This document shows positions 7,956 through 17,307 of a stretch of 42,294 nt of DNA, piece after piece. Below the pieces are notes generated by a model. It was not told where the DNA came from. It was given only the letters and a program-made list of their open reading frames with translations, and made no database searches. The translations under genes and the position numbers were made by a program. This DNA is from an uncultured Oligoflexus sp. (GTDB lineage Bacteria > Bdellovibrionota_B > Oligoflexia > Oligoflexales > Oligoflexaceae), in the NCBI GenBank assembly GCA_964236955.1, contig CAXSGP010000037.1, forward strand, positions 1 to 42,294. The letters are read 5' to 3'. The number at the start of each line of letters is the position of its first letter. The stretch's first letter is position 1.

Positions 7956-10496
7956 ATGAACATAAGAAAAAAACTCGTCTTGATCGTTTGTCTCGTGACA
8001 ATGGTGCCGGCCGGTATAGTCGGTGTCGTCGCCTATTCCTTGTCCCGAGGTTCACTGGGGGATAGGATCAAGGACGAGTTTACGGATCGCCAGAAGCTCC
8101 TTGAACTTCAGATAGCCAGCCCTCTTTCCGAACTATCAATCAATACTCAGGCCTGGATCGACGGCTCAATCATGGGCGCTATTCAAACGGGTGACCGCGA
8201 CCTACGGATCAAAAACTTTCTCTTGAGCGCGAAAAAGTCTTATCCCATCATTAAGGATTTGACTGTTCTCAACAGTCAGGCAAAGCTCATTGCCACAACG
8301 AATCCCGCCGATTCCGACTTAACGGCGCCGGGTGGTTTAAGCCCCAAGGCCCTTGCATTGAGAGACGAGTATCCACTCGACTCCATTTTGAAAGGGAAGA
8401 CAGTTTCCAGGCTGGGAACCCCATCTCAAACGAGTTACCTGGCCGTGCCAATCACCAATGGTCTTAAAAAAGATGGCTCCATCCTCGGTGTGCTTCTCTG
8501 CGAAATCGACTTAACTCTTCTCGATAAAATAGTGTTGGCTGTCAATGACGGCAAACCCGAAGCCGAACGGGTTTTTGTTATGCTTAGTTCGAAGGGCTCG
8601 ACGGTATTGCCCCTCAAGGTCAGTCCTAAAGCGATTACCTACAAAGATATCCAAGGCGATGAGGATCGTGCTGTCTTTGGTTTTGCGACGAAAACTGTGA
8701 GGGGCATTGATTATATTGTCAGTACCACTGCCATGATGAACGTACTTCCTGGGTTGGCAGTGCCACTCAGCTTGACCATCCTGCAGCCGACTTCCATTGC
8801 TTACGCCTCGGTCAATAGCCTGGCTGACACTATACTCGTTTTGTCTATCGTTTCGATTTTGTTCTTTATCGGCGTGGGATTGCTTTTCGCAATTTCACTG
8901 AGCCGGCCCATCGTTGCCTTACAACAGCTGTCCGAGGAAATCATAAACAGTAAGGACTTTTCGAAATCGATCCTGGTGAAGTCCCGCGACGAGTTAGGTT
9001 CGCTCGGCAGATCCTTCAACAGTCTACTCAGGATGGTTCAGGTTAGCCAATCGATCCTTGAGCAACAAAGTAAGGACCTAGAGTCGGCCGTATCGGAGCG
9101 AACCAAGGCAATCCGAACTATTTTGGACCATGTGAGTTTCGGGCTCTTGATCTGCGATGAGAAACTCCGGGTAAAGGCAGGCTATTCAAAATCCTGCGCC
9201 CGGATCTTCAAAGACAGTCGAGAGGACCTGGAAGGCCTGTCGTTGCCGGAACTCCTCCACCTCGACAGAAGAGAAGCGGACCATTTCGAATCTCTCTACT
9301 TGCAAATATTCGATAGTGATTTTTTGCTTGGCGATCTTTCAGTTAATCAAATCCCGGCCCGCTTTCATTTTAGCGATAGCAGCATTGGCCTAGGCGGCAG
9401 CGTGATTCATGATGAAACCGGTCGAGCCAATGCTGTGCTGTTCTGTGTCGCCGACATTAGCAATCTGGTCGCGGCCGAAGAAGAGAATACCCGCAATCGT
9501 GGTCTCATCAAAATGCTTAGCAATCGGGATAGCTTTCGCCAGTTTGTTGCCGATGTTCACGTCGGCTTTTCTGCAATCTATGAACACTTTGACAGGAACA
9601 ATCAATCGTCCATTCGCCATGAACTTCATACTCTCAAAGGGAACATGGGGGTATTTGATTTCGTTGCCATTGCGGCGAAAATACATCATCTTGAGGACGA
9701 AGCCATCATTAAAAGGCCGGAAGTCGTCCATATAGAAGAGATGTTTGCAGCATTTTTAAGTGAGCATACCGAACTTCTTGGATTGACCTACGGAACTTCA
9801 GAGGATGAATCCTTTGTCATTCCCGAAAGGCTGGTGGATCGAATTGAAGCCCAGGCCCTGGAGGCAAAGAATGCTGACGACCTTCAAAATATTTTCAAAG
9901 AGTTTTTCGGACTGATCCGTCTAAAGCGTGCGAGAACAATCTTTGGGCCTTTGGACGAAGCGTTTTCTAAATTGGCGGCTCGGCTCGGAAAGCAGGTGAG
10001 GCTTAAGATTGAGGGTGGAGAAACACTGGTCGGCATCGAGTTGACGGGAGTTTTCAAAAGCCTCCACCATCTTTTAAGAAATGCGTTAGACCATGGCATT
10101 GAGCCACCTGAGCTGAGATATCCTAAGGAAGAAACGGGCTCAATTGTAATGTCTGTCGCGAATGATAGTCAGGGATTAAAAATAACGGTTGCAGATGACG
10201 GGCAGGGAATCAGCCGCGAGGCTGTCGAAAAGAAAGCCCTTGCGAAAGGCCTTTTAACTGCCAAAGCCCTGAGAGGGATGAGTGACTCTGAAGTCTTTTC
10301 GCTGATCTTCCTCGAAGGTTTGACAACGGCAGGAAGAGTCACCGATATTTCCGGGCGGGGGGTTGGTATGGGGGCCGTGAAAGCTGCGGTTGAGGAGGCC
10401 GGCGGTACGATAGAAATCGCCAGTCAGGTTTCCAGGGGAACAACATTCACGATCTTTATCCCGAACAAGTTGCGGCTTTTGGCCAAGGCCAGTTAA
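7956..10496 (+). CDS. Membrane sensor kinase: TM-Cache-like-TM-HAMP-PAS-like-Hpt-CheA-type HATPase, no CheW domain
   Basis: HAMP (SRPI...SRDELGSLGRSFN), Hpt (ELHTLKGN...IHHLED) and CheA-type ATPase (HLLRNALDHGIE, DDGQGI, DISGRGVGM, GTTFTI). The protein ends right after the ATPase. Confidence 0.88.
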   Translation: MNIRKKLVLIVCLVTMVPAGIVGVVAYSLSRGSLGDRIKDEFTDRQKLLELQIASPLSELSINTQAWIDGSIMGAIQTGDRDLRIKNFLLSAKKSYPIIKDLTVLNSQAKLIATTNPADSDLTAPGGLSPKALALRDEYPLDSILKGKTVSRLGTPSQTSYLAVPITNGLKKDGSILGVLLCEIDLTLLDKIVLAVNDGKPEAERVFVMLSSKGSTVLPLKVSPKAITYKDIQGDEDRAVFGFATKTVRGIDYIVSTTAMMNVLPGLAVPLSLTILQPTSIAYASVNSLADTILVLSIVSILFFIGVGLLFAISLSRPIVALQQLSEEIINSKDFSKSILVKSRDELGSLGRSFNSLLRMVQVSQSILEQQSKDLESAVSERTKAIRTILDHVSFGLLICDEKLRVKAGYSKSCARIFKDSREDLEGLSLPELLHLDRREADHFESLYLQIFDSDFLLGDLSVNQIPARFHFSDSSIGLGGSVIHDETGRANAVLFCVADISNLVAAEEENTRNRGLIKMLSNRDSFRQFVADVHVGFSAIYEHFDRNNQSSIRHELHTLKGNMGVFDFVAIAAKIHHLEDEAIIKRPEVVHIEEMFAAFLSEHTELLGLTYGTSEDESFVIPERLVDRIEAQALEAKNADDLQNIFKEFFGLIRLKRARTIFGPLDEAFSKLAARLGKQVRLKIEGGETLVGIELTGVFKSLHHLLRNALDHGIEPPELRYPKEETGSIVMSVANDSQGLKITVADDGQGISREAVEKKALAKGLLTAKALRGMSDSEVFSLIFLEGLTTAGRVTDISGRGVGMGAVKAAVEEAGGTIEIASQVSRGTTFTIFIPNKLRLLAKAS

Positions 10497-10687
10497 GCTT
10501 CCATTAATATCTGGCTCAGGATCGATGAGCATACAATGGATCATGGTCATCTTCGATCGAGGGCGGCGCTATAGTGCTCACCAGCAGACTTCAGGCGCAG
10601 TTTGAGCTTAATGGCTGAATTTTGTTAATCAGCTGGGAAAGTGTCGGGCTTTGCCAATGGCCTCAGAGGCAAAAAGGCTTCGGGCAT

Positions 10688-10721
10688 AAAAAAAAGACCG
10701 GGACTTTGCGTACCCAGGTCT
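10688..10721 (-). terminator. Intrinsic terminator of greA
   Basis: Minus strand AGACC(T)GGG...CCCGGTCT stem followed by a U-tract. Confidence 0.75.
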
Positions 10722-10742
10722 CTTCGAAAAAAATGGAACGCT

Positions 10743-11222
10743 CTATTTGTATTCGACCTTAGTGATCGAATATTCTTTTAGACCTTTCGGTACCCGGACT
10801 TCCAGGTTGTCGCCAGCCCTGCGACCCATCAGGGATTTGCTGAGGGGGGAACCCATGGAAATACGATTCTCGTTGATGTCAGCTTCGAGATCACCCACGA
10901 TATGATAGGTCTTGGCATCACCCGATTCTTCGTCGATAAGACTGACGTAAGCCCCAAACTTGATCATCCCACTTTTGTCTTGAGAGAAGTCGAGAATATT
11001 GGCTCGGGCGATCTGGTCATCTAGCATCTGGATGCGGCCTTCGATAAACGACTGCTTTTCACGGGCTGCGTGATATTCAGCGTTTTCCTTAAGGTCACCG
11101 TGGGCACGTGCCTCAGCAATCTCCAGGATGATTTTAGGACGTTCAATTGCCTTCAGGATATCTAATTCTTCTTTAAGTCTTTTGTATCCCTCTGGCGTAA
11201 AAGGGATCATCTCTGCGGCCAT
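10743..11222 (-). CDS. greA: Transcription elongation factor GreA
   Basis: EARAHGDLKENAEYHAAREKQSFIEGRI and ISMGSPLSKSLMG motifs. Confidence 0.97.
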   Translation of the reverse strand: MAAEMIPFTPEGYKRLKEELDILKAIERPKIILEIAEARAHGDLKENAEYHAAREKQSFIEGRIQMLDDQIARANILDFSQDKSGMIKFGAYVSLIDEESGDAKTYHIVGDLEADINENRISMGSPLSKSLMGRRAGDNLEVRVPKGLKEYSITKVEYK

Positions 11223-11231
11223 ATTGCCACC

Positions 11232-12569
11232 TCAAAAACTGTGTGTTGCCGATATTGCGAATGTGTATGACAGGGCTTCGACTGTTTGTATGTTGTAATC
11301 ACCCGTTTTTTGAGCCTCGCCCTCACCCGTCTGCAGGATTACACCGGCGGCGACTTGGCTATTGGGCTGAACCCACCCTCCAAACAAACTATAGCCCATA
11401 TAATCAATATGGTCTGCCTGGCCTTTTTCGCCAGCTTGTACTTTGGGACGGGCGTCATAATTTGTAAAATATCCAGCCCTTATTGGTGTCGAGGGAGTTA
11501 TATAATATTCTGCGCCCGTTGCAAAGTTTGTTACCGCTTCTCTGTGATAGTTGGCAGAAATGGCGGGGGTATCGTGTATCATGTCCAGCGACCACAGGAA
11601 GGTGCTGGACGGAAACCAGGCGACCCCGGCACGGATTTCAGTCGGCATTGTCTTCAGCGGGTCTTTGGACTTGAGGTCTGAAAAGGCTGCCTGCATCGGG
11701 ACTATGGGGAAATGAGGGACACCGTTGAGGGTCTCAGCCACTCCAATGTTAGTCCGTGCATCCTTGCTGTATTCGAGAGTGTCGGTGACGATTTTTCGCA
11801 GCTTTGCACTCAAACCATAGGACCAGACTCCGGTCGCAAGTTGTGCGCCCAGGTTTAGCTCCAGAGCCGTGGTGTTCAAGCGGTAACGGGTGTTTTGCTC
11901 AAGAAAGGCCTGATCCAGAAAACCGTTGCCTTTGCACACCGGCCAGTCGACTCGCGTTGCCGAGGCGCTGGTAACGCAGGACAATCCGCTTTTATATTTG
12001 ACGTCCTGATACTCCTGGGTCAGTTCATCGATCATAATATAGCTGCCGCCCATGCCGACAGATAAGTTTGAGAGGATGCGTTTCGCTGCTGCAAAACCTA
12101 ATCCCGTTGTCGATCCCCGAACATTGGCCGTGCGGTGGAAACGTTCGAGGTTGCCGTAATTCTCGATAAGATCGTTTTGATCCTTTAGCTCAGAATCGGA
12201 AGCGAAAAGACCAAAGGCCACGGCAAGTCCCGGCAGCACGCTGTCAAGTTTTTGCAGACCTCCGAAGAAAGGCGCGAGAGTTCCTTTGCTCCTTTCCGTA
12301 AAGTCCTGGTTGCCTATCGTCTTTTTATAAGTGACTTTCCTTTGATAAAAGGCATTTGCCGAACCCGAAAGGTCGTTGCTCAAGGCGAAGCCTATGCCTG
12401 CAGGGTTATAGATGATAGCCGAGGCATCATCGGCCACGGCCGTGAAAGCGCCGCCGAGTCCCATCGCCCGTTCGCCGACGACGAGGTTATTGTAGTGAAA
12501 CTGATCAGCCTGTGCGGTGATCCCCTGCAGTGCAAGAGTGGCTAAGGCTATACGGGTTTTACGGTTCAT
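11232..12569 (-). CDS. FadL/OmpP1-like outer-membrane beta-barrel
   Basis: Signal peptide; GERAMGLGGAFTAVADDASAIIYNPAG hatch motif; alternating beta strands; C-terminal Phe. Confidence 0.8.
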   Translation of the reverse strand: MNRKTRIALATLALQGITAQADQFHYNNLVVGERAMGLGGAFTAVADDASAIIYNPAGIGFALSNDLSGSANAFYQRKVTYKKTIGNQDFTERSKGTLAPFFGGLQKLDSVLPGLAVAFGLFASDSELKDQNDLIENYGNLERFHRTANVRGSTTGLGFAAAKRILSNLSVGMGGSYIMIDELTQEYQDVKYKSGLSCVTSASATRVDWPVCKGNGFLDQAFLEQNTRYRLNTTALELNLGAQLATGVWSYGLSAKLRKIVTDTLEYSKDARTNIGVAETLNGVPHFPIVPMQAAFSDLKSKDPLKTMPTEIRAGVAWFPSSTFLWSLDMIHDTPAISANYHREAVTNFATGAEYYITPSTPIRAGYFTNYDARPKVQAGEKGQADHIDYMGYSLFGGWVQPNSQVAAGVILQTGEGEAQKTGDYNIQTVEALSYTFAISATHSF

Positions 12570-12572
12570 CTC

Positions 12573-13634
12573 TCAATCCTTTCCTTGCTCTGAGGCTGTA
12601 TCGGCCTTGTCATCATCGTCCCTATCTTTGCTAGGGATCACACCCTGGATGCGTTCTTTAATTGCCAGGTAGCGCTTTCTGCCTTTGGCCCCGACCGCTT
12701 CATTGGTCTTCATCGCTTTCAATAACGCCTTGATATTCAGAACGCGGTCGGGCACCGACGGATGGGTCTTGTCCAGCACCGTCTTCGGTCCGCTGCCGCT
12801 CGCTGTCGCATCTGGCTTTTGCAGGCAATAATTCGCGTCATGGCCACGATTGGTTTCAATGCGGCAGAGAAAATTGATGATTCCTTTCGCATAATATCCG
12901 GCATTGATGGCATTGCGCGTGCCTTCCCGATCCGCCTCATATTCGAGCTCGGCCCCAAGGCCACGCTCGGTGATGAGCGACATGCCGGCCTTGGCGGCCT
13001 GGAGAATGTTGAGACCCGCCGAGGTTCCCGAGAGATAACGCGCCATCAGTGAACCGAAGGCCGACTCTTCAGGTTCGGGTCTTTTGCGATTTTTGACCTC
13101 TTCGGGAAGATCCGTAAATTTTGCAGCTTCATTGCCAGCTTTTTTCATTTCGTCCTCGCTCATCTTGCTTAGAGCGTTGAACATATGCTTTTTACCGACG
13201 TGAGTGATCTCATGACCCAACACGGCAGCCAGCTCCGCTTCGTTCGAGGCGTTTTTAATGGCTCCCAGCGAGATCAGAATATAGCCACCCGGACAGGCAA
13301 AGGCATTCACCTCATCCGAGTAATAAACTTCGAACATAAAGCGTCGATCCGGATAATCGGAGTAACGGGCAAGCAGGCCACCCACTTCGTTTACATAGCG
13401 GACGAGTTTTGGGTCGGGATAGGCGCCATAGAACTTGAGGAGACGGCCAGCCATGTTCCTGCCGATTTCCATTTCGGCTTTGGCTTCATCCAACTTTTTT
13501 TGCGCTTCGGTGAGCACCGGAACTTTAGCTCCGACGGTTTCATTGGGAAGCTCTTTATTGGAGGCACACGTCGGCGACAGACACGAAACAATACCAAGGA
13601 GTAAACACGCTAATGCGCGCTTCTTTATGAGCAT
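12573..13634 (-). CDS. M48 family metallopeptidase (exported, possible lipoprotein)
   Basis: VNAFACPGG, EAELAAVLGHEITH (HExxH), EYEAD and THP...RV motifs. Confidence 0.9.
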   Translation of the reverse strand: MLIKKRALACLLLGIVSCLSPTCASNKELPNETVGAKVPVLTEAQKKLDEAKAEMEIGRNMAGRLLKFYGAYPDPKLVRYVNEVGGLLARYSDYPDRRFMFEVYYSDEVNAFACPGGYILISLGAIKNASNEAELAAVLGHEITHVGKKHMFNALSKMSEDEMKKAGNEAAKFTDLPEEVKNRKRPEPEESAFGSLMARYLSGTSAGLNILQAAKAGMSLITERGLGAELEYEADREGTRNAINAGYYAKGIINFLCRIETNRGHDANYCLQKPDATASGSGPKTVLDKTHPSVPDRVLNIKALLKAMKTNEAVGAKGRKRYLAIKERIQGVIPSKDRDDDDKADTASEQGKD

Positions 13635-13998
13635 GAGACCGGCTCCTGCTAGCTATTTCGAACGCTACATGACGATTGTATCAAAAGGGACGAGGCAAAA
13701 AGTAGCCAGGCCAGACGGTGGCTGAAAATGCTTCAGTCTGGAAGCCGCGCTCGACGAAGGCATGGGAGCGCCGTGCATAAGTGTGAATAGAATTTAAATT
13801 ATTGACAATAATCGCATAATCCTTGAGGTGAGTCCTTTTTGCAGCTTCTATAAGAGGGCTATCATTTTGCAACAGTCCTTTATCCATTTGCCGAAAAATC
13901 CTGTCATTAGCAGGAAAAGACCGTTGCCGCCGTCCTCTCCGCATGCAACTTTGAACCCGCAAAGAAAATCCAAATAATTGCATTTTATGCTAGATAAT

Positions 13999-14016
13999 TT
14001 TGCATAGAGATGCAAT
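13999..14016 (+). promoter_or_regulatory. ARG box (ArgR operator)
   Basis: Palindrome ttTGCATagagATGCAat matches TGNAT-N4-ATNCA. It lies 52 nt upstream of argR, with degenerate copies nearby (13979-13990). Confidence 0.75.
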
Positions 14017-14068
14017 TATGCGCTCGTTAAGGGTGTATTATGCAGTTCTTACACAAAAGGGTGTCCCG

Positions 14069-14488
14069 ATGCTGGAACAAAACCGCTTAAGTGCTATTGC
14101 CGATGTGATTCGCGGTAATAAAGTAGGTAATCAGCATGAGTTGAAATCGCTTTTGACATCCAAGGGTTTTGATACCACCCAATCGAGTATCTCGCGTGAT
14201 TTAAAAAAGCTCGGCGTCGTCAAGGTCGACGGCTACTACAAGACTCCCAGTATCGCGCCGGGTGAGTCGAGCAAAGTCGATCGTTTGGATGCGACCACTG
14301 CCGGTGACAACCTGATCGTTTTGAAAACCGGTCCCGGCAACGCCAATCGAGCTGGTTTTATCATCGATCGCTCCTCTATTCCAGGCATCCTCGGCACCCT
14401 AGCCGGTGACGATACGATTTTCGTGGCGATAGCCAATCGCCAACAGCAGGCCAAGGTCTTGCGCAAAATATTCGCATTATTTGATTAA
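14069..14488 (+). CDS. argR: Arginine repressor
   Basis: NQHEL, TQSSISRDLKKLG, LKTGPGNA and GTLAGDDTIFV motifs; ATG at 14069. Confidence 0.95.
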   Translation: MLEQNRLSAIADVIRGNKVGNQHELKSLLTSKGFDTTQSSISRDLKKLGVVKVDGYYKTPSIAPGESSKVDRLDATTAGDNLIVLKTGPGNANRAGFIIDRSSIPGILGTLAGDDTIFVAIANRQQQAKVLRKIFALFD

Positions 14489-14511
14489 TCAGCATCGTAA
14501 GGAGTTTTTCC

Positions 14512-15705
14512 ATGCAGGATGTAAAGAAAATTGTTCTCGCTTATTCCGGCGGTCTTGATACCTCTGTGATGGCGAAGTGGATCAAAGAAACCTATAAATG
14601 CGAAGTCGTGGCATTCACGGCTGATATCGGCCAGGGTGCAGAACTAACCGGTCTCGAAGCCAAGGCCTTGAGCACAGGCTGTTCTTCAATCTTTGTGGAA
14701 GATTTGAAAGATGAATTTGTTCGCGACTATGTTTTCTATGCAATCAAAGCCAAAGCCGTCTACGAAGGTCACTATCTTCTTGGCACTTCGGTAGCACGGC
14801 CCGTTATCGCCAAGCGGCAGATTGAAATCGCCCAACAGGTGGGAGCGGATGCTGTCGCCCACGGCGCGACGGGCAAAGGCAACGATCAGGTTCGATTCGA
14901 ACTCACCTACTACAGCTTAAAGCCTGATATCAAAGTTATTGCCCCTTGGCGTACATGGCCTTACAAATCGCGCACGGATCTGATTAATTATGCTAAGGAG
15001 CACCATATTCCCGTTACGGCGACGGCGGCCAAGCCCTATTCCATGGATGCCAACCTCATGCACGTCAGCTACGAAGGCGGCATACTGGAAGATCCCTGGG
15101 CAGCGCCTCCCGAAGATATCTTTACCCTGACCCAGTCGCTGGAGCATACACCGAATACCGCAACCGCGATTACGCTGTCCTTCCAAAACGGTGTGCCTGT
15201 GGCGCTGAACGGTGAAGGTCTGTCACCCGTCGCATTGCTGACCAAGCTCAACGAGCTTGCCGGTGGACATGGAATCGGCCGCGTGGATGTGGTGGAAAAC
15301 CGCTTTGTCGGCATGAAATCGCGCGGTGTCTATGAAACCCCTGGCGTCACCGTCCTGCATCAGGCGCACCGGGCGTTGGAAACGATCACTCTCGATCGCG
15401 AAGTCATGCGTCTGCGGGATGGACTTTCGGTAAAGGTCGCGGAAATGATCTACAACGGATTTTGGTTCGCACCTGAATTCCAAGCGATTCGCGGCATGAT
15501 CGAGGGCATGATGCATACGGTTAACGGCGATGTGAAACTGCGCCTTTTCAAGGGTACGGTAACCACCCTTGGCCGACGTTCACCGAACTCCCTTTACAGT
15601 GAGCAGCTGGCGACCTTTGAAGCCGATCAGGTCTATAACCAGGCTGATGCCGAAGGCTTCATCAAACTGAACGCATTGCGTCTCCGTATGAGGCCAAACG
15701 GATGA
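14512..15705 (+). CDS. argG: Argininosuccinate synthase
   Basis: LAYSGGLDTS, HGATGKGNDQVRFE and ENRFVGMKSRGVYETPG motifs. Confidence 0.98.
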   Translation: MQDVKKIVLAYSGGLDTSVMAKWIKETYKCEVVAFTADIGQGAELTGLEAKALSTGCSSIFVEDLKDEFVRDYVFYAIKAKAVYEGHYLLGTSVARPVIAKRQIEIAQQVGADAVAHGATGKGNDQVRFELTYYSLKPDIKVIAPWRTWPYKSRTDLINYAKEHHIPVTATAAKPYSMDANLMHVSYEGGILEDPWAAPPEDIFTLTQSLEHTPNTATAITLSFQNGVPVALNGEGLSPVALLTKLNELAGGHGIGRVDVVENRFVGMKSRGVYETPGVTVLHQAHRALETITLDREVMRLRDGLSVKVAEMIYNGFWFAPEFQAIRGMIEGMMHTVNGDVKLRLFKGTVTTLGRRSPNSLYSEQLATFEADQVYNQADAEGFIKLNALRLRMRPNG

Positions 15706-17090
15706 AATCTCTTTGGGGTGGACGTTTTAGTGAAAAACAAGACAACTTCTTTTTTACCTTCAACGCGTCCTTTCGTTTCGATGTTCGACTGGCAGAAGTG
15801 GATATTATTGGCAGCATGGCCTACGCCCGTGGCCTGGCCCGCTGTCAGATCTTTAATGCTGATGAGTTGGCGCAAGTGCTGGCGGGACTGGAAAGCCTAC
15901 TTCAAACCATTAGAAAAGAACCTGAATGGTTAGAAGCGAAACTTGATGCTGGTTATGAAGATGTGCATTCCTTTGTCGAGATGGAGCTGACGAAACTGGT
16001 TGGTGATCTCGGCAAACGTCTTCATACCGGACGTAGCCGCAATGATCAGGTGGCAACGGATCTCCGTCTGTACCTGAGAGAGGCGATCGACAAGTCTCTT
16101 TTGACTTTGGCCGATCTTCAGGATTCCCTTCTAAAACAGGCTAAAGCGCATGAACATGTTGTGCTGCCTGGCTACACGCATATGCAAAAGGCCCAGCCGA
16201 TCCTGTTTGCACACTATATGCTGTCCTTCTTTGAAATGCTGAAGCGTGATGCGGAGCGTTTGAAAGACTGCCGCAAGCGCGTGAATATCATGCCTCTTGG
16301 TTCCGGCGCGCTGGCTGGCAACAGCCTGGCGATCGACAGGGAAAGCCTGGCGAAGGACTTAGGGTTTGAAGGCATTACAGCCAATTCGCTCGATGCGACT
16401 TCGGATCGTGATTTTGCCCTGGAGTTTCTATCGACCGTTTCCATCGGCATGATGCATCTCAGTCGACTGGCTGAAGATCTCATCCTTTACTGTTCGGATG
16501 AATTTCGATTTGTGCGAATGGGAGATCAGGTTTCAACGGGCTCATCGCTGATGCCACAGAAGAAAAATCCCGATGCCTTGGAGTTAATACGTGGCAAAAC
16601 CGGTCGCACCTTTGGCAACCTTATGACTCTACTCTCTGTCATGAAAGGCCTGCCATCGTGCTACAATAAAGACATGCAGGAAGATAAGGAATCTCTTTTC
16701 GACAGCATCGACACCTGGCAAATCAGTCTCAAAGTGATGAAGCTTGTGATCGATACCTTAAGCCTTCATCCCGAGACTATGCTCCGGGAAGCCCATAAAG
16801 GCTATATGAATGCGACTGATCTCGCCGACTATTACGTGGCGAAAGGCGTTCCCTTTCGCGAGGCTCATCATCTGGTCGGTGAAATCGTAGTTCATGCGAT
16901 TCAATTAGGGCAAAGCCTCAATGATTTGCCCTTGGCAGATTATCAAAGGTTTTATCCCAAGACCGATGCTGAAGTTTATCGAGCCGTATCGCTGGAAAGC
17001 GTGCTCAGCAGGAAGGCCAGTATCGGCGGTACTGCACCGCAGCGCGTGCGTGAAGCGCTCAAGAAAGCACGGCTAGATCTAAAAACTTAA
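15702..17090 (+). CDS. argH: Argininosuccinate lyase
   Basis: LWGGRF, LHTGRSRNDQVATD and GSSLMPQKKNPD motifs; ATGA overlap with argG. Confidence 0.98.
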   Translation: MKSLWGGRFSEKQDNFFFTFNASFRFDVRLAEVDIIGSMAYARGLARCQIFNADELAQVLAGLESLLQTIRKEPEWLEAKLDAGYEDVHSFVEMELTKLVGDLGKRLHTGRSRNDQVATDLRLYLREAIDKSLLTLADLQDSLLKQAKAHEHVVLPGYTHMQKAQPILFAHYMLSFFEMLKRDAERLKDCRKRVNIMPLGSGALAGNSLAIDRESLAKDLGFEGITANSLDATSDRDFALEFLSTVSIGMMHLSRLAEDLILYCSDEFRFVRMGDQVSTGSSLMPQKKNPDALELIRGKTGRTFGNLMTLLSVMKGLPSCYNKDMQEDKESLFDSIDTWQISLKVMKLVIDTLSLHPETMLREAHKGYMNATDLADYYVAKGVPFREAHHLVGEIVVHAIQLGQSLNDLPLADYQRFYPKTDAEVYRAVSLESVLSRKASIGGTAPQRVREALKKARLDLKT

Positions 17091-17106
17091 GCCGTTATCT
17101 TGGAAT

Positions 17107-17181
17107 AAAAAAGACGGCGTCCCCTGAAGACGACCAATCCCAGAACTTCCTGACCTTTCGATTGCCCGTACAGGCGGCACC
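17107..17181 (-). ncRNA. Candidate small structured RNA (long imperfect hairpin plus U-tract)
   Basis: Minus-strand pairings GGTG/CGCC, CCTG/CAGG, ACGGGCAATC/GATTGGTCGT and TCAGG/TCTGG, then GTC-U6. G-U pairs favour the minus strand. Confidence 0.35.
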
Positions 17182-17197
17182 TATGTTATGCCTCGAT

Positions 17198-17224
17198 AAA
17201 AAGCCTGCATCTCAGCAGGCTTTC
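17198..17224. terminator. Bidirectional intrinsic terminator between argH and rlmD
   Basis: AAAGCCTGC-atctca-GCAGGCTTT flanked by A and T tracts. Confidence 0.75.
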
Positions 17225-17307
17225 AATTTTACTATTTATTAATTACTTTTGAGGAATCATTTTTTATCTTCTTCCATAGCCTTAAGTTCTGCTGGTGTCA
17301 CGAACCT

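Noticed and set aside
13681..13983. 100-aa ORF in the M48/argR intergenic region
   Set aside because: No motifs or clear RBS, and it starts within the ARG-box region; more likely promoter DNA.
17107..17192. Assignment as SRP RNA, 6S RNA, tRNA or a known riboswitch
   Set aside because: It lacks the SRP GNRA loop and AGCAG, is too short for 6S, forms no cloverleaf and has no downstream sense gene. Kept only as an unassigned candidate.
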